Made by a program: the position numbers and the translations under genes
Part shown: one piece after another, positions 13,301 to 24,106 of the stretch
Layout: each line of letters opens with the position of its first letter
Numbering within the stretch: the first letter of the stretch is position 1
Notes under the pieces: model-generated
Seen by the model: only the letters and a program-made list of their open reading frames with translations
The model's database searches: none
What the model was told of the DNA's origin: nothing
Origin: Azolla caroliniana
Lineage: Eukaryota > Plantae > Polypodiophyta
Assembly: GCA_043228905.1 (NCBI GenBank)
Contig: JBHGNT010000010.1
Span: forward strand, 806,001-870,000
Direction: 5' to 3'
DNA length: 64,000 bases

Positions 13301-13403
13301 GTGGGTATGGTTAACTTTGATGTATGCTTTCTCTTAGTGGGCATGGTTTAATTTGATGTATGCTTTCTCTTAGCGGGCATGGTTTACTTTGATGTATGCT
13401 TTC
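13301..13403. repeat. 36-bp tandem minisatellite, about 2.9 copies
   Basis: Units of gYgggYatggttWaMtttgatgtatgctttctctta start at 13301, 13337 and 13373. Confidence 0.9.
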
Positions 13404-14151
13404 GTATACATACCTAGCCTTGAGCTAGGGAAATACGTGTTCACACTCAGGATATGTCTTGACTCTCTACTAGTAGTGGTTGTATTGCAAAAGCCAATGG
13501 GCTAGCTTGGTCACCTTGGTTCGTTGATTGATGGTTCCATTCATACAAGTCAATGTTTAAGTTGTCTATCTTAGGATTTATATATTTAATAATGTTTAAA
13601 TTAATTGCTTCTAGGTGATGTGATAACATTTTGTACCTTACAACTTCTAATATGATATGCTAATATAATGTATGAAGGATTCTACAATCAAAACTAGTCG
13701 TAGTTACTCCTGAAATGTTAGCCAAATGTTCAAACAAAGCATTGGTACACATTTGGATGCATAGTTTGTTTAATGGGGCCAATCAGCTTTTTATTGAGTA
13801 CTCAATGCGTTTTACATTATAAAGGTCCCTCATACTAAATACATAGAAGAAACTTACACTACTCAATTTGTAACCTATTGCATAAGAAAACAAATGCCAA
13901 CTAGAATCATGAAATAATGATAATGATTTAAACTTCATTGCCATGGGAAGATAATTTGGACTAAAGTACTTGCTTAGGTAATTATAGCAAAAAATCCTAA
14001 CACACTTAGTACTTAAACCTAGCTGGCACCAAAGATGAAGGGGCCTCTGATTAGTTAAGTATTAAAGGGAAGATACCTAGAAGGAATTGAACCATGGTGG
14101 ATGAGTGCACATTACAGTATTAGGCACCAACTATGAGTAAAGCGAGAAAGT

Positions 14152-14802
14152 TTAGGCACCAAAGCTCTTCTTGAGGTGGTGGACTTGGGTTAGAGAGAGA
14201 TGGAATGCTTTTTCTAGCAAAGGGTCAGGAATGGAGGGTTGAGAGCCAAAGAGTGCATTAGGGATGAGGGATGAGCCAGGATTTTGGCTGTTTAGGGCAG
14301 AGATAGAAGCCGCGGAGGAACTACCACCATTATAAATATAATGAACCAATCCACGCGGAAATACAAAAAGCTCGCCGACGCCCAAAACCTCGCTAAACAA
14401 TTTCCCTGATGTGTCGATGAAGCCAACATGGAGGGTACCATGAATCACATACAAAACCTCGCTCGCTCGTGGGTGCAAGTGTGGTGGTACAATGCCATTG
14501 GGTGCGTAGTCGATGCGCACCAATGAGAGGCCTTGCGTGTTGAGCCCCGCCACATTTGCAGGAGATGCCAACGTGACCGCGATACCTAGAGGATTCGAAG
14601 TCGCATTGTTGGCCGGTGCAGCCAGTATGTTGGATTTGAAGTCACGTGGAGTCACGTGCGATGCCGGCTTGCACGCGTAGCCATTGCCGAACCTCAAGCT
14701 AGGATCTGCCACGCAAAAATCTTGCAATGGATCCTCATCGCTCCCACTTACTATTTGCACCATTACCAGAAATGTCATTGATACAGCTATTAGTTTTAGC
14801 AT
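14152..14802 (-). CDS. GLP: Germin-like protein (cupin), intronless, secreted
   Basis: 216-aa ORF with a signal peptide, box A DPLQDFCVAD, box B PPHLHPRASE and box C FVFPRGLVH. All four His/His/Glu/His Mn ligands are present. A TATA-like tatatag lies on the minus strand near 14935-14941. Confidence 0.96.
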   Translation of the reverse strand: MLKLIAVSMTFLVMVQIVSGSDEDPLQDFCVADPSLRFGNGYACKPASHVTPRDFKSNILAAPANNATSNPLGIAVTLASPANVAGLNTQGLSLVRIDYAPNGIVPPHLHPRASEVLYVIHGTLHVGFIDTSGKLFSEVLGVGELFVFPRGLVHYIYNGGSSSAASISALNSQNPGSSLIPNALFGSQPSIPDPLLEKAFHLSLTQVHHLKKSFGA

Positions 14803-14804
14803 GG

Positions 14805-14807
<3 letters not shown>

Positions 14808-14865
<58 letters not shown>
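14808..14865 (-). repeat. (CT)n(CA)n compound microsatellite in the germin 5'UTR
   Basis: (GT)n(GA)n on the + strand, just upstream of the minus-strand ATG. Confidence 0.9.
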
Positions 14866-17225
14866 TCAAAATGCCCCAAATCTTTGTGATGCTTTTATTT
14901 ATGCCTTTTGTGTTTTGTGACCAACCCTTCCCTCTATATAATGCCCTCTTCCATATTGAATATTCTAAGTACGCATGCTTTTCCAAAGGGAAAAAGACAC
15001 TCAACGCTACTTCCTACTCAAGCAACACAACTAACCCTTCTAGCACATCATCACCCCACCCTTTCCCCCTCTTTTGCAATATTCTTTTCAAGTCATTTGT
15101 AAACTTTGTCACCGATGCGAAATTCTCATTCGGAGCATCATGATGGATAATCATTTGGCTATGCTCCTATCCACACTTGCACTGTGCAATTCCTAAAGTA
15201 TATCCCGCGAGAAATGTATTGCTAACATCTAATGGATAATCACTTGTATACAATACACAACCACTTGGTTATGTGTCTTCATTTGTGTCAAATTTATAGT
15301 TAGTAAAAGTTTATGTGAACTTAACTTTATATTTGCCACCGTCTAGCCTTGATGTATATATTTATGAATACAACGATATTGAGTGCCGCTCTAAGTTTAT
15401 ATGGCCTAATGCGTGCCTACACTTCTTAATCCAAGCTCATTTGTCAAAACACTCTTAATGGATTAATTCGTTAAAGTAGGCCTTTGTAAAACGATGCTCC
15501 ATATTTTGACTAGAGCCCAATAATTGTGTATAGCAATAATCTACATTTGTGCTTTATCTATCATATATCAACCTTGGTTTTAAGAAAACTTTGGCCACAA
15601 GTGGGATATTTACATCCTTTGCTCTTATGATTCTTTTTTCTCTACTTTACATTGAGTGATATGCATACCTCCTAGCTTCTTTTTAGGCAGATGAATCCTT
15701 TGTCTCGATATCTCTCAATACCCAAAGAAGGGTCGATATTCTTACACATTTCTTCTACATTCTCTTTACTCTTTGTGTTATCTTTTAAAAGTAGAATTAA
15801 CATTGTTCCTCACAGTTCCACCTTTTCCAAATGCATAGCATGTATCCTCACTCAAGCATGCTTTACTCTGACAAAAACCATGTGGTGCTTAACATGCACT
15901 TTACTCCATTCCTCGACATTTTCAGACTCTCCCCAATTGTTTAGACAAGTAATTATTATCCTTTCCAAATAAGTAAATGAAAAGAAGGAAATGCTTTTAA
16001 GTTTTTTATTTTCGTATTACTACAAGGTTTGCCCCTTGGAATGATCTATGCTATTTTGTATTACTATAAATTCTGCCCTACGTTTTTGCATTTGATTCTC
16101 GAATTGCATCTTTTACTTCCAACTTTTACAACTCACTTCACACAATATGACATTTTATGATATGAAATTAGATGTGTTTTGAGTATGAAAGTGACTTAAA
16201 TAATGGTTTTGCTTCCTCTATACTATTGTATTAGGCCCTTATCAAGATTGAACTTACAAATTTACTTCATTGTGAAGATACTTGATGAGCTTCTTAAGGA
16301 ACACTCCTCCCTTTTTTGAAATCCATTACTAATACAAATATCTTGGGTTGAGCAAGTGAAATCATTGCTGCACATGCTTCTAGTGTATGGTAGTAACATA
16401 AAAAATGTATTCATTTTGACTTATGGCCAAATGTAATAGATATATTGCAAAGAGAACAGGACGCACTTGGCAACGGATTTGTCTAATTGATCTAACATGC
16501 ATACCTTGATGCATTAATTCCCAATTGGGTACATGGAAGGAAAATCATGAAAAAAATGTGCACTAGAGACAAATGAGGATAATCTAAATCAAGGTTGTGG
16601 CGTAGTGATGTTAATTATATTGGTCAAATAAACTTATATTCCCCATGAATTATGTAAATTGATATTCATCATGGGAGTAAATGAGGTTAGTTATACCCCA
16701 TTACCTATTCATATGGGCCAACAATGCTGCTCTAATATCATTGTAATGCTTCAAACGGTGCATACCATACTTGACATGATGCTTGCAAGAGTAATCAATC
16801 AACATTCCATCCAATATGGAAATTGAAAAATTGTGTAGGTCCAATTTATCATCAAATAAACTTTATTTGCATTCAATTGTCAGAAATTCGAACATATTAA
16901 TTTATAAATTTGAGATTTATACTGTACATGAGCCATGACATAGAATCGGAGGGTGACTGGTAAGCAAAATGTATGAATAAAAATGAGACGAGTCTGCCGA
17001 GATCCATGTGGAATTCCTGAGCTTTACGATACATGGCATGGCACACACTCACTACAGTATGGAATGAAAAGACAAATCTTCACTTTAGGCCAAGGGAATT
17101 TTGCTCACACGCCTCTCCTGTCATGATGATGAGATACATCCATGTATAGTTAGTTGATGGACTACTTTGATCATCGTCATCTAACCTCAGACAGGGAAGA
17201 ACAACTGAAAGCTTTAGTGGCAGCG

Positions 17226-17324
17226 GTGATGGTGATGGTGATGGTGATGGTGATGGTGATGGTGATGGTGATGGTGATGGTGATGGTGATGGTGATGGTG
17301 ATGGTGATGGTGATGGTGATGGTG
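17226..17324. repeat. (GTGATG)n hexanucleotide microsatellite, about 16 copies
   Basis: Read directly; it reads poly-His in one minus frame. Confidence 0.95.
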
Positions 17325-18351
17325 GTTGATCTGAGAGCTACCATGCCACAAGCTAGCCGACGACCTGTACCCCTCCCCCCCGTCTTCCGCGTCAAGTGCC
17401 ATGAAGCGAGAGCTCTGTGCGTGCGACTGTCCTTCTCAGCCGTAACCCTAAACTTTTCAAAACCCTAAATCCAGCCTGTGTCTTATTTACTAATAAAGAT
17501 CGTGCTAGGCCTGAAAAGGCAATGGTCCGTCTCTACATGTGGCCACTAACCATCGATGGATGGACGGACGGAAATAATAACCTGCCCCTGTACTTACCCT
17601 ATACATATCTACAACCTCCTCGCTGCCAAATACATACCTGAATTTACTTTCGTGACCCTTGCCACCCGGGAGGCTGGCTTCATGAACACATTTCCAGTGC
17701 CATTGGTCGCATTCACTTCTCTGTTGTGAGAATGAACTCAATGATGTAGAGCATTACATGCCTCTAGACTAAAGCTGCTAACGAGGTGAGGGTCAATCTG
17801 TCTGGGAAAGACACTCGGTCGATACATGTCTTCCTTGGTGGTCGTCGAGAGGATGACCTGACCACATCGTTAATTCTCATTGGTTGCATTCTTTCCTTAC
17901 TGTGGGAATGGATTCGACAATATGGATCATTACATGGCTTTAGACAAAAGCTACCGATGATATGAGTTTCCATCTACCTGTCTCGATCATGCTCAATTGG
18001 TACATGTCTTCCCCAAAGCTAAATTTGCTTTAGTACAAGCCATGCATTGTAAGGCGTAGCTTCCCAACATGAGTATTGGCATTGTCTAGAACACCAAAAT
18101 GGGTATTCGCTCATGAAACTTGTCCTTGCAAAGATTTGTGGTGGTCGACAACTAATGACTTATCTCTTTGTTGAAAATGTTTAACCAAAGAGGTTGTAGT
18201 TAAATATTGTCTCATATACCCTCACTATTGATTTTCTTTATGTTCTTATATTTAACCTTCTACCTAAGCTATGTGTATTCTTTATGGTATAAATAATGTG
18301 AATGTGTTAGGAATTGTGAATTGTGAATTGTGAATGGTGTCTGGATACAGA

Positions 18352-18388
18352 TGTAAAGAATCGGTGATGATTCTGTGCAGCAGAAGAA

Positions 18389-18430
<42 letters not shown>

Positions 18431-21400
18431 AGAGAGAGAGAGAGAGAGAGAGATTACATAAAAAATAGAAAACTGTATTATAAGGAAACAAGAATGACCA
18501 ACCGTTACAAAGAGAAGGAGAAGGTGCTTATGTAGTCACCTTCTCTCTAAATTCTCTCACTAGTACCGCCTCTTGGGAAAGAGGTTGTGTCTTAACTACT
18601 TAAGGAATGTGTCATAGAATATTACATTCTATGACACACTAGTTACTTTACATGGAGGTGGGGTGTTCACACAATTGAGTATTCTAGGGTGTGTTCCCAC
18701 ACAAGGGAAGTTGAGTTTGATTCTCAACACGCCCCGTCAAACACAATTTCCAGTTGTCAAGCACGGTTGGTTGACAGTTGAAAGACCCAGGTTCGTCGTG
18801 AACTGCCACAGCTTGTCGACTCCCAGGGCCTTGGTGAAGATGTCGGTCGTTTGTAGGTTCGTGTTGATGTGTTAAAGGTCGACATCCCCGGCCAGAACAC
18901 ATTCTCAGATGAAGTGATACTGCACTTCGATGTGCTTGGTCCGAGCGTGGAAAACTGGGTTTCGAGCTAGGTGAACACTGCTCATATTGTCGCAATAGAG
19001 GAGAATTGGATCTGATATGGGAATGCCCAAAACCTTCAATATTTGTTTCAGCCAAATGGCTTCACATGCGGCAACTGTCGGGCCCCTAACAGTGTGGCTG
19101 TTAGCTTCTTTTTGTTGCTCCATGATATGGCACCACCGCCAAGAGAGAAGAAGAATACGGATGTTGATCGTTTGTCGGCTTTATGGCCAACCCAATTGGC
19201 ATCGGTGTACCCTTCGAGTTGAATCGGTGTGGCCAATTTGTAGAGGATGCTGAAATCCATGGTTCCACTCACATACCTAAGCACTCGCTTAGCACAGTCG
19301 CGATGGGTGTCTCACGGAGTTTGCATGAACTGGCTAAGGAGGCCGACCAGGTAAGTCAGGTCGGGTCGGGTAATTGTGAGGTAGATGAGGCATCTGACTA
19401 GTTGTCGATAGAGCATCTGCTCACACTCTCTTGTGCTGGAGTCGACATCTAGCTTCAGGTTGCGATCGAGAGGGGTAGTGTTGGGCTTACACTTTGTCAT
19501 CCCAAACTTGAAGAGAAGATCGAGGATATAATGTCGTTGGGAGATCATGATGCCATCAGGGGTCCAAATTACTTCTATTCCTAGAAAGTAATGGAGCTCC
19601 TTCATATCAGACATTTTGAATCGGTTGGAGAGTAGCCTTTTGGTATGTTCGATGTCCCCGAGGTGCTCTCCTCCAATGACCAAGTCGTCCACATAGATTA
19701 TCATAAATAGTTGTCCTCTAGAGTCATTCCGGATGAACAGAGAATTGTAAGACTTGAACATTCAAAAGCCGATTTGGTGAAGATATTGCGTTATCTTTGA
19801 ATGACATGCTCTCAGTGCCTACTTGAGACCACAGAGAGGCTTTTTGAGTCGGTAGACAACAGTCGGATGCGTGGTCGACCTCAATTCGGGTGGTTGTATC
19901 ATGTACACCTCCTCTTCTAACTTGCCTTGGAGGAAGGTGTTCTTCGTCCATTTGGTGGAGGTGCCACCCTTTGGGAGAGAGAAAATATTTTTCCATAACT
20001 TTAAAACACCTCTCTTCAATGCTGACATAAGCGTCCTCCATTGTTGAAGCGGACTTGCATGCCTTGTTCGACTATTTGGCCAACTGAGACGAGGTTTTTT
20101 GTTATTGTCAGAACATGCAGAACGTTCTTGATGTAGGTTTGGTTGCCTTCTTCCCCAAATGGGACATTGCTGACATGTTGAATGGGGTAAATTGGGTCAT
20201 CCCCAATTTCCATATAGTCGGGTCGTTCAGGCTTTCGTAGCTCTCGAAACCAATCTTCATGAGACACCATGTGATTGGATGCACCCGAATCGACAAACCA
20301 TACATTTTCCGAGTTGGAGGTGCTTGTCGGACATGATGTTGTCATCGAATTCGTTCTGTGTTGCATCATGAACATTCCGCCACAATCGTTGTAGTCAGAG
20401 TTTGAGGCGTAGTTGGTGAGTTGTCGGCTTGTGGAGGCCGACTCACTCTTCTTTTTCCAACACTTTGCCTCGTAGTGGCCGAATTTACCACAATATCCGC
20501 ACTGGGCAGAATTGTTTGTCGGCTAGTTCCTACATGAATGCTCCCCCTTCTTTCAGATGCTTCGCCTTGCGCGTTCAAAACGTCTTGTCGGTAATAGAAG
20601 TTATGTTCTTAGGGTTGTTATTGGTTGTGTCGGCCTTGGCTAAATCGGCCTCTTCTTCCACAACCTTGTCCTCTTCCTCTATCAAAGTTCAAATAGAGAA
20701 TTTGTCCTTCTTACACATTGCTTCTTGTTCAAACATGATTCTCCTCGACCAGCAACATCAACTAGAGATCAAAGGAGGGAGGATTTTCCCTCGTGAGGAC
20801 AACCGACCGAATGGCTCCGAACCGAGGTGCTAAGCCTCCGATGCAAATGTGCACCATTTCATTGTCCTCAATGCTAACATTGATCGACCCGAGGGCATCG
20901 CACAACTCCTTGATCTTCAAGGTGTAGCTGTCGATTGACATGTCCCTCTGTTGTATACCGTTCAACTCTTGATGAAGTTGAAGCTTTCTTGCGGTCGTGT
21001 TGGCTGAGAAAATCTTCTTGAGGTTCCCCCACGCCTCCTTCAGCGTTATGGGCTCTTGGATGTAGTTGAGCATGTGATCATGGACGCATGATGCAAGGCA
21101 GTACAACATATGACTCGCCGCTTGCACCCAAGTTGGGTAGTCGGCATGTGTTGGGTTGGGTTGATTTTCATTTGCTCCTTCGACATAACTCCAATAGCCT
21201 TGGCCAACAAGGTTACATTGGTGCATCTTGTACTCCCAAGATGCAACGTTATTTTTGTCGAGCTTCTCGGTAGGAAGAGCACTTCCCTCTAAGTGTTCAT
21301 GTCGAGCTTCTTCTTCTTCTTTTCTTGATACGAATTGTGCAGATTGTTGTTATAACAATCAGTCAGTTCTTTCCGAACTTAGGATTAGGCACAACACATG

Positions 21401-21800
21401 CAGAGGCGATGGGTTGCGATCAAGCTAACATGCGCTCTAATACCATGTAAAGAATCGGTGATGATTCTGTGCATCGGAAGAATTGTGTGTGTGTGTTTGT
21501 GGAGAGAGAGAGAGAGCTCAAGATTACAGAAAAACAAAAAATTGTATTACAAGGAAACAAGAATGACCAACCATTACAAAGATAAAGAGAAGGTGCTTAT
21601 GTAGTCGCCTTCTCTCTAAGTTCTCTCACTAGTACCGCCTCTTGGGAAAGAGGTCGTGTCTTAACTACTTAAGGAATATGTGTCATAGAACATTAACTTC
21701 TATGACACACTAGTTACTATACAAGGAGGTGGGGTGTTCACACACTTGAGTATTCTAGAGTGTGTTCCCACACATGGGAAGTTGAGTTTGATTCTCAACA
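18352..21800 (-). mobile_element. Ty1/Copia LTR retrotransposon, internally deleted (no integrase), degenerate
   Basis: LTRs at 18352-18729 and 21446-21800 (TG...CA) with 5-bp TSD ACAGA at 18347-18351 and 21801-21805. PBS tggtattagagc (minus) at 21434-21445 and a PPT-like tract at 18730-18740. Coding remnants: gag (LKEAWGNLKKIF..ARKLQL), protease (WFVDSGASNHM), RT (IIYVDDLVIGG, YFLGIEV) and RNase H (YTDANW, YCDNMS..NPVFHARTKHIEVQYHFI), all frameshifted. Confidence 0.96.
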
Positions 21801-22003
21801 ACAGATACGTGTGAGGTTAAGGAAGTGGTTGTCATGGTTTATTGTGGTATAAGTCTCAAGTGAAAGAGAGAACAATCAAAATAGTGAATTGTGAATAGTG
21901 TTTGGATATGAATGTGTGAGAGCAAAGAAGTGATTATTGTAGTGTATTGTGGTATATGACTCTAGTTAAAGAGAGAATGTCAATTGGAACTCAAGTTAAG
22001 ACC

Positions 22004-22356
22004 CTATGAAGGTAAGACTTAATCAGTTGGGAAGCGACTAATAAAGCATGGGATACTCAAGGAAGAGGTGAGATATGAGCAATCCGAGTTGCTATTCAAG
22101 TTGTCAATGATCAAGTTGAATGATGAAGCGACCCTTTGAATCATTAACCAGCTTGATGGAGCACCCATAATAACACCATCTACGAAGGTGAGACTTAATC
22201 GGTTGGGTAAGTGACCAATAAAGCATGGGATACTCAAGGAAGAGGTGAGATATAAGCAACCCAAGTTGCTAGTAAGATTGTCAAGGATCTAGTTGAATGA
22301 TGAAGTGACCCTCTCAGTCATTAACCAACTTGATGGAGCACCCATAATAACACCAT
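22004..22356. repeat. Diverged tandem duplication of about 176 bp
   Basis: 22004-22179 and 22180-22356 share aataaagcatgggatactcaaggaagaggtgagata and cttgatggagcacccataataacaccat. Confidence 0.9.
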
Positions 22357-22619
22357 ATGTTCTTATACAATAAATGGTGTGTGGCCACAACAACCTTGTT
22401 GCATGCAAGCATCTTTACTTCAAATTGCTTGGTGTCATTCAATGAATGGTGACAATAATATACTTGTTATTGGCTTCAATAATCGTCAATTTGAATGGGT
22501 TGGAAAACTTGTCCAAAGTCACATTTTTTAAATTTCTCAAGCATGAGAATAGGATAGTTTGACATAACAACTTTGGTAAAACAAATGTCATATGATATTC
22601 AACATGTGCGATGTGAGAT

Positions 22620-23752
22620 GAGTGGTGAATTATAGAACACAATGAATACAACAAAAGAAAAAGCAACATCAACGAAGAGGAAGATGAAACTAGATTTAGA
22701 TAGATCCCAATACACCTAATAAATGTTATTGACCTTCTTGAGGCAACTAGGGTGGGAACCCCATTTATATACAACCAAATCACCAAGTATGCAAAACGTA
22801 GGCCATGAATGTGTGCCACCTTGCACCTCTCTATGCAAAATATGTCACTTCACTAAGTTTGTTTATACATACACGTCACTAATAACCACTCCTTTAACAT
22901 TGGACTTATTATACAATATGCTAACCACTATAAACTATCGGATTTTTTTATTTTTTTATTTTCCCAAAAAAACTCCTTTGAGTAGTTATAAAAACTATTG
23001 GATTTTTTATGTCTAGCTTTCTGTTAGTTGTGACACTTTATCCTTTATCACCGTCTTCGAGGTTGAACATGACTATGGGGATAGATAACAAAGAAGAAAA
23101 TCATCCTAGACTACGTTTGGTAAGTTGTGCAAGTGGTTGGCCATTTCCCAAGTGATTTCAGACAAAGGGTAGCCTTTCCATGACACAAGATAACAATGTT
23201 TTAACACACCAATCGAGAGTCAATGATTTTCTCATGCCGTTTGAAATTGTCAGAATATCATGGAATTAGACAAATTATAAGTTAGATTTGGTTAACAAAC
23301 CCCTATAGATGATCCTAAGTGCCATCAAATTTCTCAGGCAAGCTAACTCTTGGCCCCAAAATGAGAGGCTAGATTGAAATATGGCTTGGGTTCTACGTTG
23401 TGGAAGAGCTAAGCTTGTGCAAAATCTCACGTTATAATTGGTGTAATACCCAATGATTTGGGTAAGATTTTTACTATGGTTCATCATATTTAGGAGGGCC
23501 AAACAGTTAGGGATGTCAAAGCAAGTGGAAGATAATAGAACACACTGAGGATAGAAAAAGGGAAGGGAGGGCAATGAAGAGGAAGTTGAGTCTAGATATA
23601 AATAGAAGTGAATACACCCAATAACTAACATTGACCTTCTTGAGGACAACTAGGGTGAGAACCCCTTTTATATACAACCAAGTATGTGAAAGATGGGCCA
23701 TGAATGCGGGCCCACCTTGCACCTCTATATGCAAAACATGTCACTTACTAAC
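22620..23752. repeat. Pair of old direct repeats of about 230 bp (about 22620-22856 and 23520-23752), possibly eroded LTRs
   Basis: Shared blocks attgaccttcttgagg-caactagggtg, tatatacaacca, ggccatgaatg and ccaccttgcacctct-tatgcaaaa-atgtcactt. Confidence 0.7.
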
Positions 23753-23764
23753 CCAGCATATAGA

Positions 23765-24106
23765 TGTTACCCGTAGGACTTGTACGGGGCGGTGTAAGGG
23801 TGGAACACGATAATGTGGTTGATATATATGTGTAAAGTGTATGAGTGTGTGAGGATGAGTATGTGTATGAACACATGCACATTTGTGTGCATGTGTACAA
23901 AAGTGAGAGAATGGGTCAGTAGTGTAACTCCTTGCTTGTCTCATTCTTTTGCAACGGTTACCTCTTGTACTATATGTAAAATAGATTTTTCTCTCTCATT
24001 TCTGTGTCAATTCTCTATTTTTCTTTACTTCTCTCTCTCCTTCACACGTAACCCCCCTTGGGAGGGGGGTGGAGCCATTCTTGGCTTTACCCCCCACCCA
24101 TTAACA
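23765..24106. mobile_element. Solo LTR (342 bp)
   Basis: TGTTA...TAACA termini with 5-bp TSD ATAGA at 23760-23764 and 24107-24111. Confidence 0.8.

Noticed and set aside
13301-13403. 36-bp repeats as a CRISPR array
   Set aside because: The units are head-to-tail with no spacers, the context is eukaryotic and there are no cas genes.
13447-13629. L1 RT fragment (NQGDQASPLAFAIQPL)
   Set aside because: A single weak motif is not enough to support a feature.
17154-17468. Poly-(Met-Val) and poly-(Ile-Thr) ORFs
   Set aside because: They are alternative readings of the GTGATG microsatellite.
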